64,000 nt of DNA from the human T2T-CHM13v2.0 reference genome, Homo sapiens. The notes beneath the pieces were generated by a model. The model was not told the DNA's origin. It saw only the letters and a list, made by a program, of their open reading frames with translations, and ran no database searches. The translations under genes were made by a program, and so were the position numbers. Shown in pieces: positions 1-13,920 of the stretch (the stretch's first letter is position 1; every line of letters starts with the position of its first letter). The DNA lies in NCBI RefSeq assembly GCF_009914755.1, contig NC_060928.1; one strand, given 5' to 3'.

Positions 1-2241
1 ATCATATTAAAGCAATGAAAATCGGTAAATTGTTAGACTCTCAGGTGGACAGTATGTCTAATACACTCATTTTGAATAATTCATTACCTGTGTATTTGCT
101 TAAAATAGTGACTAGAATTGGTTATTGGTTGTATATAAGTTTACAGAATGGTGCATAAAAAGTCAGTGAGGCAATATCTCATTTTTCTTAATTGTATCTT
201 TGTTATTTATATTATTCCTAATAATTGTTAATTTATGAAAAATTTAAAAAATATGTATCTGAAAATATTCAATCTACACATTTTATATTATACTCTATTG
301 TACATCCTAAAGAAGAAATTATAGATACTTAAAACAAATATCCAGCACAATCCTGGATATATTATTGTTTACAGTAAAAAAGAAGGGTAGTGTTTAAGCA
401 CAACAGATTTTGGTGTTTTGTTAATTGTTTAATGTTATACCTCTTGGTAAAGTAACAGTGAAATCCTAAGAACTATTTACAATTTCTATATAAATGTACT
501 ATCATAAGCTTAGCCATACCCCTATTTAAACTTTGACTCTAGAGCCACCAATGTCTAACCGTAAATGTTCCTATCTCTCTAGTTCCAAGTAACAGTGACA
601 TATTTCCTAAAGTAGTATTAAAATATTGACCTTAAATGAAGCTCATTTAGTTATTGATTGATTAATTTTTATAGTAGTTTGATCAACTTTAAGACTATCA
701 CTTAAAAAAATCCACAATCCTTTTATTCAGTTTTTGTTGTCATGCTTATATGAGGTATTATATGTCTGTGAATGTTGGTATAGTAATTGAGTTTTCCACC
801 TTTTTTTTCTGAAAACAATGCATCCATTTAAAGAGAATTCACTTGGCCTATGGAGCTAATGACTTTGAAAAGCATTGAAAAACAAAACTATTGACCAGAA
901 AACTTTTTTTTCTGGATATGTTTTATGTGATAGAATTTACCTGATAAAATGAATGATCTTACAAACTACAAATCTGGAATCATTTCTACTTATTCACTAT
1001 AGGGTTCTCTATGCTGTGTGTACACCACTATTTTTTAAAAAAATCTGTATAGGTCCTATTTACTTTGTTTCTCATAGGATTATTATTCTTTGCAAAAAAC
1101 ATTCTGTGAAAATTAGCAAAATGCTGTTAGCAATGAATTATCTAAAATAAGGAACAGTTGCAGAGAAAAAGACATTCACATACAGTCCTATTTTTATTGC
1201 CATTTTTGTATAAAAATGGACATGCATTATGAATTCTTGATCCAGGTAAAACAGAGTAGGTATTATTTTTTCATATTTTGTTGGTAAGAAAACTGACTTC
1301 TTTATTTAAAGAGATATGGGTAGTATCATAAAGCTAGCAAATGAAAGATTGAGTTTAAATCAAAGCTTATGATTTTAGGTATTTTTGCAATAAGATATAC
1401 ATTGTTACTATGTAGGGCTTTTTTTTTTACAATACTAATACATGTTCCTTGATATATACCTTTCAATAGTGCCAGGGAGGTTAAAAAACAATTTGCTTCT
1501 TTTTGAAGAATATCTAAATAAAATAGATTGCTTTACTGTACTATTCATTTCTTCTTGCTTTTAAAAATGAATAGCAGCATTCCATGAGCTGAAAAAAGAT
1601 CACTTGTATAAAAATGTTCAAAAAATTTCTAGAATAAAACTATTATAATGAATATTTATCCTAGAAATACATGTTGTAGGTATATAAATTCATATATTTA
1701 CTGTCTTGATTTCCTATTATATTGTTATAACTTTCTACTGCTGATATTTATTTGATTAATACTTCTTTTATCTTTAACTTTTTCAAACAACATACAGAAA
1801 TGATTAGGGCTTGAATTTTCCTGTTTCCCTCTTTAGTAAGACAAGACTGCTTTCAAAATGAATGTTAAGCAAATCTGTGCTGAGTAGCATTATCTTTTCC
1901 TTGGGTGCTACCAAAAGTAAGAATCATTTTTCAACACTTTAAAAATGTTTAAAAACTAATTTTACTTTTATTCACTTTGGAATACTCATAGCTAACATTT
2001 ATTTAAATCATACTATGTGCTGTATGTATGTGATAAGTACATAATCGGTTTAAATAAGTTATTTCAAATATGATAACTCTATGAGGATGTAAGGACATTT
2101 TTTGAGGTTATATATCAGATAAATGAACTTATTAATCAGATGGTTTAATCAAGGTATCCAAATTAATGGATTGGCCTATACCTCCTTCCCTCTATTTAAA
2201 GAGCAGTCAGTGGATTACAAAAAGTATCATCCAGCAGCATG

Positions 2242-4637
2242 CAGACATATCTTAGAAACACTGCAGGTTTGGTTCCAGATCACCACAATAAAGCCAATAT
2301 CACAATAAAGCAAGTCATGTGGACTTTTTGGCTTCTCAGGGAGTAATGTTTAGACTATACTGTAATCTATTCAGCATGCAATAACATTATGTCTTAAAAA
2401 TGTGTATACCTTAATTTAAAATACTTTTGTGCTAAAACATGCTAATAATCAATATAGCCTTCAGTGATTGTATGCATTTTGCTGGTAGAGGGTCTTGACT
2501 TGATGTTGAATGGTGCTGACTAATCAGGGTGGTGATTCCTCAAAGTTGGGGTAGCTTTGCAGATTTTTAAAAATAGGATGACAATGAAGTTTCCTGTATC
2601 AACTGACTCTCTTTTTTTTTTTTCACAAATAAAATTTTGGTAGCATGCAATGCTGTTTGATAGCGTTCTACCTATAGCAGAACTTCTTTCAAAATTGGAG
2701 TCAGTCCTCACAAACCCTGCCACTGCTTTATCAACAAATTTTATGTAATATTTTAAATCATTTGTTGTCATTTCAACAGTGCTCATAGCATCTTCACCAG
2801 GAAGAGGTTTCATCTCAAGAAACCACTTTCTTTGCTTATCCAAAATAAGTAATTTCTTATCCTTTAAAGTTTTATTCTCAGGTTGCACCAATTCAGTCAC
2901 AGATTCCAATTCCATTTCTAATTTTAGTTCTCCTGCTGTTGCTACCACATCTGCAGTTACTTCCTCCACTGAAATCTTTAACTCCTCAAAGTCATTCATG
3001 AGACTTGAAGTCAATTTCTTCCAAACTCTTATGAGTGTTGATATTTTGATCTTCTATGAGTCATAAATATTCTTAATGACATCTAGAATGATGAATTCTT
3101 TCCATAAGGTTTTCAATTTACTTTGTGCAGATCCATCAGAGAAATTACTCTTTGTGGCAGCTATAGCCTTTCAAATGTATTTCCTAAATAATAAGACTTG
3201 ACAGCCAAAAATCACTCTTTGATTCATGGGCTACAGAATGAATGTTGTGTTATCAGGAATGAAAACAACATTAATCTCCTTGTATATCTCCATAAGAGCT
3301 CTTGATTGACTAAGATCATTGTCAATGAGCAGTATTTTGAAAGGAATCTTTCTGTTTTATGTTTGTTTCCTGAGCAGTAGGTCTCAACAGCGGACTTAAA
3401 ATATTCAGTAAACCATGATAAAACTGATGTGTTGTCATGCAGGCTTTGTTGTTCTATTTATATAGTACAAGCTGAGTAAATTTAGCATAATTCTTAAGGG
3501 CCATGGAATTATTGGCATGGTAGATGAGAACTGACTTCAACTTAAAGTTGCCAGCTGCATTAGACCATAACAAAAGAGTCACATGTACTTTGAAGCTTTA
3601 AAGCCAGACATTGACTTCTTCACTCTACTTTGAAAATTCTATATGGCATCTTCTTCCATCAGAATAGTATTCCATCTTTAGAAAATCTATTGTTTAGGGT
3701 AGCCCTCTTCATCAATTATCTCAGATCTGAATAATTTGCTGCAGCCTCCACACCCACACTTGATGCTTCACTTTGTATTTCTATGTTATGAAGATGGCTT
3801 CGTAAACTTCACGAACCAACCTTTGTTACCTTTCAACTTTTCTTTTGCAGCTTGCTCAACTCTGTCAGTCCTCATAGAGTTGAAGAGAGTTAGGGCCCTT
3901 CTCTGTCTTAGGTTTTGGCTTAAGGGAATGTTGTGGCTGGTTTGGTCTTCTATCCAGACCCCTAAAGCTGTCTCCATATCAGCAATGAGGCTATTTCACA
4001 TTCTTATCATTCACTTGTTCACTGGAGTAGCATTTTTAATTTTCTTCAAGAACTTTTCCTTTGCATTCAGAACTTGGTTAACTCTATGTAACAAGAGGCC
4101 TAGATTTAAAACTATATCGGCTTTCAAAATAGCTTCCTCACTTAATTATTTCTAGTTGTTTATTTAAAGTTAGAGATGTGTAACTTTTTCTTTCGTTTGA
4201 ACACTTATAGTCCATTGTAGCCTTATTGACCTAATTTTAGTACTTTTGTGTCTCAGGAATTAGGCAGGCTTGAGAAGTGAGAGAGAGATGGAAGAATGGC
4301 TGGATCATGGAACATTCAGAGCACACACAACATTTATCCATTAAGTTTTGCTGTCTTATATGGATGTGGTTTATGTCACCCAAAACGATTGCAGTAGTAA
4401 TGTTAATAATCATTGATGATAGATCACTGTAAGAAATGTTATAGTAATAAAAATTTGAAACGGTGTAAGAATTACTAAAATGTGACACAGAAACATGAAG
4501 TAATAATACATGCTGTTGGGGAAATAGAGACAACAATAGACTTGCTTGACTCAGAGTTGCCATAAATCTTCAATGAAAAAAAATGCAATACCTGGGAAGC
4601 ATAATAAAGTGAAGCACAATAAAACAAAGTAGGCCTT
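2242..4637 (-). mobile_element. Tigger1 DNA transposon (TcMar-Tigger/pogo), essentially full length (~2.4 kb)
   Basis: Left end CAGACATATCTTAGAAACACTGCAGGTTTGGTTCCAGATCACCACAATAAAGC and right end ...AATAAAACAAAGTAGGCCTT+TA match the recalled Tigger1 termini (CAGGCATACCTC... TIR). Internal transposase-like ORF fragments are present and the length is close to consensus. Confidence 0.93.
2520..4215 (-). pseudogene. Degraded Tigger1 (pogo-family) transposase coding region
   Basis: ATG at 4215 in ATGGACTATAAGTGTTCAAACGAAAG. Fragments VWIEDQTSHNIPLSQNL...GWFVKF (3786-3977, CENP-B-like HTH region) and EEVTADVVATAGELKLEMELESVTELVQ (2520-3014) are separated by stops and frameshifts. Confidence 0.85.
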
Positions 4638-5617
4638 TATGTATCTTAAAAACTTGGTAGCTTATATGTGTTCTAAAAACTAGTGCAATATGACCTAAAT
4701 GTATTCCTGGTAATTTTATGAAAATAGATACAATTTTGGTCTGTGAAACATAAGAACATCTGGTGTGCTAAATTGATATCATATATCTGGTGAAGAAGAA
4801 ACCAAATATACAAGTATATTTGTCAGATAAATAATTTAATAAGTTTAAATGTAAATAAAATAAGAAAACACCCAATAGTAAATAAATATTTGTTTGAATG
4901 TTTTCAAGACGTTAGACTTTATTTTTTCATTTAAGTTCAATTTCATAATTAATTCTTTATTTCTTAAATGTTGGTATCAAGTTGTAGAAGAAGCTACATT
5001 ACATTAAATGTAAATGAAAGGTATCAGAAATATTGGCATAATTTCTATAATTTTCTTGTGATTTAAATGACATTATAATGATACAGGAAATATAAAGCAC
5101 TAACTTCAGTGACCTGTGGTAAGGGTAAAATGGCATATTTTTAGAAAATAAAGTGTTACAGACATTAGTTAAATAGTGAGAGCCACTGTCATGAAAAGGA
5201 TAAATGTTGAGCAATGAAATTGATTAGAAAGAAGATATATTAACATTTTAAAAAGTTACTACAGAATAGTGTTTTTATTTTTGATATTCTTGAAAAGTAG
5301 ATACACAAAATATATTATAAAATGTAAGTGAATCATTGTAAATGACAAAATATACTAACTATAATTTATGCCAAAAAAGGAAGGGAAAGAGGCTAATATA
5401 GAATATACATTATATAGTATATATTAATATACTATATGTTATATGTTATATATAATGTATAACATATTATAGATATATACTAGATCCTAAATACCTATAT
5501 TTGTATTTATTGTCCAATTAGTTCCTAGCAGACACTCACTTCTAGATATTACAACTAATTTGATAAGTTCACATTAAAACACTTTTTAAAGCTTCAAAGT
5601 TGTCAATAAAATCCTTA

Positions 5618-5775
5618 GTGTGTGTGTGTATATACATCTATCATCCTCGGTATATATATCTATATATAAAAAAGTATCTATATATATATATATATATACA
5701 TAGATATATATAGTATATATGTCTATATATAAAAAAGGGTGTATATATACACCCACACTTTGTGTGTGTGTGCAC
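5618..5775. repeat. (TG)n/(TA)n compound microsatellite
   Basis: Alternating TA/TG runs are directly visible. The tract includes the 18-bp perfect palindrome GGGTGTATATATACACCC at 5737-5754. Confidence 0.9.
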
Positions 5776-7960
5776 ATGTGAAAAGCATAGAAATGAATAA
5801 AGTAGGATGACAAAATTAAGTCCAAGGAAATGCAATACTTTTCATTTTTATAACAGGGTAAGCAGGTAGTCTGTCTAATAATCAATGAAATTAGGTTTTA
5901 AAAAGTCAATGTATGCTGTCTGTAATACACCTCCCAAACAGTGACACACTAATATAAATAGTAAAATAAAGTGTATTATATAAAATAAAATAATTATTAT
6001 AATGAGTTTGGCAAATGATAGGCTAATGAAGTTAAATAAATTTTCATCAGGATCTCTCAGTCTTTGATATGCTAACGTAACCTTGATGGTCATAGAGGAG
6101 GGTGTATTATGTTGTAGTTTCCAAAGTGATTTAAGATAGGATATTTTTCCACAAAATTTTTTTAGAACAAATATTCCTTGAGCATGTTAGTAAAACCATA
6201 TACTGGCCTGATATCCAACATCCATTTTAATATATGCCTACAAACTCCTAACCAAGTGACCTGTCCCCACACATTCTAGATTTTTTTTTTGAGGATTTAC
6301 AAAGTGTTTTATAAAGAGACTCCTACATCACATTTTATGAATTTTATTAATCTGACTCTTTTTCATGTTCATTAGTTAGTGACTCCACAATATCCTGCTT
6401 TATACTATATATGTTTAAAGGCATGTTTCAAGTATCTACCTATCTAAACTGGCATTTAGGTTGACTTTCAGTTATGACTTATGATAACTGGCTAAGATGT
6501 ATAAGACCTCCATTTCCTATTGAAATATAATCATCAACAATTTTCTTACAATTGTCATAATTGTGAATCATTTACAAATCTAAACAAGTCATATCTGGCC
6601 TGCTTTATACACGCTATTTTATGAAAAGAATCATTAAATGTAAGATTTTTATTTAAAAAATGCACAACATTTGTTTATATGTTTGAGTGTGATAGAAACT
6701 TGTATATATCCTCTAGCTATTTACACTTTAACAAGATTTTATGTTTTGAAATGCCCTAGTTTAATTTTTCATGTAATTTTTTGTCATGGTTTTATCTGGT
6801 ATTACATTTGTGTCACAAAAAAAATCTTTGAAATCATTTTCACAACATTTTTAATGATTCAACTGTTTCATACCAAAAACTATTCTTTTCTTTTTGGTAC
6901 ATAGTAACATTTTATTATGTTATGTGTGCATTTTTATTAAATATTCTGAAACATAATTATCATCATTCACTTTGGTGATGTCAATATTGAACAATAATAA
7001 GAATGTAATGGGCTGTATTAAGAAGCCTATTATAAGCCCTCATGTATTATAATCTCTATTGTGACTTGATATCCATAAGTGTGGTTAGATTGTTTATGAA
7101 GAGTAAATAGCTAAGTAGTACTAAGTTTGTAACCTCGGAGATAAAAGTGATTATGTATGAGAAATAAGTAATTGAACATGAAACACACTGGTGGTTGCTG
7201 CTTTTTAGCTCCTTAGAAATGATTGCAAGTCCATTAGGTTCTGTAAGGCACTGAATTTCATGAGCAGTGTTAATGGCTTTGTACTGTAAGACATCCCTCG
7301 GTATTTCCAGTTATAGCAATAAAGTTTAGATGCTATTAAGGCTACACTTGATAAATCTGACTGGTGTCTGAGAAGAGTATAATGAAAGAGTAATTGTAAG
7401 GTAATGAAAGATAATTCTTTATAAGAAGTTCTACGAAGAACAAATTTGTGGATTGAATTGTAAATGATACTTTCAGTATGCAAATGACAAATATTAATTT
7501 TTTTGTAACTTTGAAGGAGATGTTTAAAAATATTAAATGTCAAGGCTATGCAAATATGCACATATGTGGCAATTAAAAATCAACCTAAACAAATTCTTGA
7601 AATGACAAATTTATTATTTCCAAATACATGATATATCATCACTACTACTTCTTCCAGAAAAGTTAAAACATTAGTTAAGAACTGCAAAAAATAAAACCTT
7701 TCCCTTCTACATTTTTGTTTTCATAACCATAAGTTAATATATAGTAGAATCAAATTGAGTTTTAATCTCAATCAAAGCTAGAATGTACAATTAGAATATG
7801 TATTGTATATCATACTTTCAGGAGAGAAGAAAGGATGACATGGCCACTTTCACATTCCGGTCAATGGAGTGCTTTTAGTTATCACATTTTCTTATCAGAG
7901 CCTCCTTATTCTTTTGTGAGAGAATTACATAAAGTTTTCTTTACAGTTTTCTGAAACTGA

Positions 7961-8400
<440 letters not shown>

Positions 8401-10475
8401 TCATCAATCTGAGTGAATTTATGATATGATCTACACAAGCAGAAACAAAAATTTAAAAATATTGAACGAGTGCCTTTGCCTATAATTTCTGTTATCTGAG
8501 AGAGACTATTCTAAAATAGGTGCTTTATTAATTTTTAGTGATTAAAGTGTACATAGATATTTGTTTGTATGTGTGTTATTTTGGTATAATAACCGTATTT
8601 ATTACTGAATGTGTACAGTTTAAAATAGAGAGAAACCAAGGCAATTATATAAATCACTTGCTCAGAGTCCTAAAAAATTGCTACTCAAAAAAATATTTTA
8701 TTTATTTTTTTCTTGTGTTAAACTACACATGCTATAATATTTATCATTTTAACCATTACAAATGTACAGTTTAACAGCATCAAATATATTCACAGTGTTG
8801 TGTAACATGACTCTTATCTACCCCTAAAACATTTTCATCATCCCCAACAGAAACTCTGTATCTGCTAAAAAATGGTCCCCCATTCCCCTCTCCTTACAAC
8901 TCTTGCTATCCTTCTTATATTAAGATATAAGATATCTTATCTCTGTGGTTTTGCCTATTTTTGGTACCTCATATAAGTAAAATCATGTAATATTTGTCCT
9001 TCTGTATTTATCTGGCTTATTATACCGAGCATAATGTTTTCAATGCCTATTCCTATTGTAGCTTATATCAAAATTTCATTTCATTTTCATGGCTGAGTTT
9101 TATTCTATTGCATGTGTATGTCACATTTTATTATCTATTTATCTATTAACAGACACTTAAGTTGTTTCCAACTTTTCACTATTGTGAATGATTTTCCCGT
9201 GAATATTTATTTACGAATGTCTGTTGTAGTACCTGCTTTTAGTTATTTGGGATATATAGGAGTTGAATTCCTGGATCATATGGTAGTTTTGTTTAGCCTT
9301 TTGAGAAACTACCAAACTGTTTTCCACAGCAGCAGCAGCATTTTACATTTCTACCAGCAATGCACAAAGGCTCTAATTTCTCAACATCTTCAGCAAGACT
9401 TATTATTCCCCCCCCACCTTTTTTTTATACTTATCCTGGTACGTATAAAGTGGTAGCTCATTGTGGTTTTGATTTACATTTTCTTCAATGACTAACAACA
9501 TTGAGCATATTTCCATATATATATATATGTGTATATATATAATTTTATATTTTATAGCATTTATATACATATAAATGTTTAGTGGCCATTTGTATATCTT
9601 AATTGTAGAAATGTGTATTCAAATCTTTTGCCTATTTATTTATTTATCGTTGCTACTGTTAAATTGTTGGAGTTCTTTATATATTCTGGATGTTAATCTA
9701 TTATCAATTACATGACCTGAAATTATTTTGTCCCATTTTGTAAGCTGTCTCTTCACTTTCTTGATCATATGTTTTGATGCACAAAAGTTTTTAATTTGAA
9801 TGAACTACAGTTTATCCTGTTGTTGTTGTTGCCTGGGCTTTTGGTGCCATGGCTGTGAGATTGTTGCCAAATCCAAGGTCATAAAGATATTCCTTAATGT
9901 TTTATTCCAAGGTCCTCGTAGTTTTAGCTCTAAAATGTAGCTCTTTCATTCATTTTAAGCCGGTATTTGTATAAGGCTTAAGGTGAGGGTTCAGCTTTTT
10001 CTTCATTTTCATGTAGATATCCAGTTTTTCCAGCACCATTTGTTGAAAAGACAGTCCTCTCCTCATTAAGTGATCTTGGCACCCTTGTCAAAAATCAATT
10101 AGCAATATAGTTGAGGTTTTAGTTTTGAGCTTTCTATTTTATTCCATTGTTTTTTTCTTATGCTAGTACCATACTGTTTTAATCACTGTAGCTTTGTGGT
10201 AAGTTTCAAAGTTGGGAAGTGTGAGTCCTCCAAATTTATTATTCTTTTTCAAGATAGTTTTGATGATTTGGGGCTTATTAACTTTCCATATAAATGTAAG
10301 AATTGGTTTTTCCATTTTTTGGAAAAATGCTGCCTTTATAGGAATTGAGTTGAATCTGGTGATCAATTTCTATAGTATTAACACTTTAACAATGTTAAGT
10401 CTTCTTATGTATGAATATGGGATGTCTTTTTTTTTAACTTAAGTCTTATCTTATTTCTTTCTGCAATATTTTGTA

Positions 10476-10535
10476 TAGGTTGGTGCAAAAGTAATTGTGG
10501 TTTTTGCCATTAAAAGTAATGGTCTAGTTAGTAAT
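10476..10535. mobile_element. MADE1 (Hsmar1-derived mariner MITE) with a damaged right arm
   Basis: TAGGTTGGTGCAAAAGTAATTGTGGTTTTTGCCATTAAAAGTAATGG matches the MADE1 TIR plus centre. It is inserted at a TA within L1 sequence (TTGTA|...TA|GTTTTCAG). Confidence 0.9.
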
Positions 10536-11299
10536 AGTTTTCAGTATGAAAGACTTTCACCTCCTTAGATAGGTTTATTCCTAAGTATTTAATTCTTTTA
10601 GATGCTATTGTGAATGGAATTCATTTCATAATTCCCTTTTCAGACTGTTTATTGCTATAGTACAAAAAACTCATTTTTCTGTGTCTATTTTGTACCCTGC
10701 AAACTTACTTAATTTGTTTATAAATAATAGCAGCTTTTTATGGATTCTTTGGATTCATTCCATCTATAAATAAAGATAGTTTTACCTCTTACGTTCTAAT
10801 TTGGAAGTATTTTATTTTATTTTTCTTATTAAATAGCTCTAGGTAATACTTCCAGTACAAAAAAAAAAAACAAAAACTTCCAGTACAATGATGAATAGGA
10901 TTAATAGGAGCACTGAAAGTCACCATTTTTGCCTTATTACTGATCTTAGGGGGAAATCTTTTAGTTTTCCACGAAGTATATTATTAGCTGAGTTTTTTTA
11001 AATAAAAACTCTTTATAAAGTTATTAAGTTGAGAAATTTTCCTTCTACTCTGAGTTTTGTGAGTAGTTTTTTAAAAAAATTATGACAGAGCATTAGAATT
11101 TTCAAAAACATTATGTGTCAATTGAGATGATTATGCTTTTTTTTTCCATTAGTTCTGCTAATATGTTATGTAGCATTGATTGAGTCTCTTACGTTCAACT
11201 ATCCTTGCATTTGTGAGATAAATCCCTGTTGGTCATGGAGAATAATTGTTTAGCATGCTTTTGGATTCACTTTTCTAATATTTTGTTGAAGCTTATAAT

Positions 11300-11825
<526 letters not shown>

Positions 11826-11982
11826 CTGTCTGCCCACCTCAGGTGAATATCAACTTCTTTTTATTCTTTTGCAAAAGTTTGAGAAGGATTGATGTTAATT
11901 CTTTAAATATTAGGTAGATTTTATTGGTGAATGCATATCATCCAGGAAATTTCTTTGAGTTTTTTTATTGCTGATTTAATTT

Positions 11983-12459
11983 CATGGAACCAACCCAAAT
12001 GCCCATCAATCAACAAACGGATAAAGAAATTTTGTTACATATATACATATGTATATGTGTGTGTGTGTGTGTATACACACACATATATATATATATACAC
12101 TTATATATATATAGAAATACTACTCAGCATTAAAAAGGAATAAATTAACAGCATTTGCAGTGACCTGGATGAGATTGGGGACTTATTCTAAGTGAAGTAA
12201 CTCAGGAATAGAAAATCAAACATTGTGTGTTCTCATAAGTGGAAGCTAAGCTATGAGGATACAAAGGCATAACAATGACACAATGGACTTTGGGGACTTG
12301 GGGGGAAAGGGAGGGAAGGTGGTAAGGGATGAAAGACCACAAATTGGGTGCATTGCATACTGCTCAGGTGATGGGTGCACCAAAATCTCACATGTAATCA
12401 AATACCACTTGTTCCCCAATAACTTATAGAAATAAAAAAATTAATTAAAAAATAAAAAA
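11983..12459 (+). mobile_element. L1PB-type (L1PB1-like) 3' end with an internal (TG/TA)n expansion
   Basis: GCATTTGCAGTGACCTGGATGAGATTGG...AAGCTAAGCTATGAGGAT...GGTGATGGGTGCACCAAAATCTCAC followed by an A-rich tail. Confidence 0.85.
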
Positions 12460-12479
12460 ATGCATGGCCACATTAAATA

Positions 12480-13920
12480 ATTTCAGGGTACGCAACACAA
12501 TATTATTAACTATAGGCATTATACTGTATGGTAGATCTAAGACTTAATTATGTTGCATAACTGAAACTTTATACCCCTTGACTAATGACTCCCATTTCTT
12601 CCTTCCTTTGCCTTTAGCAACAATCATTTTACTTGTTTTTATGATTTTGAATATTTTAGTTTCCCCTATAAGTGGCATCTGGTAATATTTGTTCTTTTGT
12701 GTCTAGCTTATTTCATTTAGATTAAGTGTCATCCAAGTTTATCCATATGGTCACAAATGGCAAAATTTCCTTCTTTGTTAACATGGAATAATATTTCACT
12801 ATATATATGTTCCACATTTTCTTTATTGATTCAACAGGCAATGGGCCTTAAGGTGCTTCCATGTTTTGGCAATTGTTAATAATTTTGCAATAAACATTGT
12901 AGAAACAAGGAGTGCAGAAATCTTTTTGAGAACCTCATTTCAATTATTTTGTGCGTATACCCAGAAGTAGAATTCCTAAATGATATGGTATTTCTATTTA
13001 TAATTTTTTGAGAAACCTCCATATTGTTTTCCTTAGTGACTGTGCTAATTTATATCCCCACCAACAGCATACAAGGGCTCCCTTTCTTCATATTCTTGCC
13101 AGTGCTTATTCTTATTTTTTTAAATATTAGCCATCCTAAGATATGTAAGATGATATTCCATTGTGGTTTTGATTTGCATTTCACCGATAATAGGTGACAT
13201 TCAGCACTTTTTACATGTACCTGTGGGCCATTTGTATATGTTCTTTGGAGAAACATGTATTCAATTCAGTTCCTTTGCCAATTTTTAAAATTGCTGTTGT
13301 CATCAACTGAGTTATTTGGGGAATTTTTTGCTATTGAGTTGAAATAGTTCCTTATATATTTTAGAGTTAACACTTTATCAGATGGTTTGCAAACATTTTC
13401 TCCCATTCTGTAGATTGTTTTTATTTTGTTGGTTGTTACCATTGCGAAACTGAAGGCTTCATTCACACTGCCTGATTTCGGAATATATTACAAAGCTACA
13501 GTAATCAAAATGTACTAGAATAAAAACAAATATATAGACCAATGAAACAGAATAGAGAGACCCCAGATAAACCCATGCATGTATGGTCAATTGATCTTCA
13601 ACAAATATGTCAAGAATGCACAATAATGAAACGGCAGTTTTGTCAATAAGCTGTGTTGGAAAAACTGAATACTCATATGCAAATGAATAAAATTGGCCCC
13701 TTATCTTATACTACACACAAAATCTACACAAAACGAATTAAAGACTTAAACATAATACCTGAAACTGCTATATTCCTAGAAGAAAACATAAGGGAAAACT
13801 TCCTTTATATTGATTTTGGCAATAATGTTTTGGATGTGACCCAAAAGCACAGGCAACAAAAGCAAAAATAGACAAGTGGAAATATGTTAAACTATAATCT
13901 TCTGCATAGCAAAGAAAACA
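12480..13920 (-). mobile_element. Old L1MA (L1MA8/9-like) 3' end with a 5' inversion (13448-13920 lies on +)
   Basis: Minus-strand 3' UTR/ORF2 end at 12480-13447 abuts a plus-strand ORF2 segment (PLSYTTHKIYTKRIKDLNI..., 13653-13871) whose outer end matches the L1 position where the minus part begins. Confidence 0.8.

Noticed and set aside
2520-4215. Possible domesticated TIGD-like gene
   Set aside because: Multiple stops and frameshifts within an ordinary TIR-bounded Tigger1.
5880-6200. Possible hAT-Charlie relic, and scattered MIR/L2-like patches (e.g. ~1220-1410, ~21380-21500, ~43200-43540)
   Set aside because: Too diverged to assign family or boundaries by eye.
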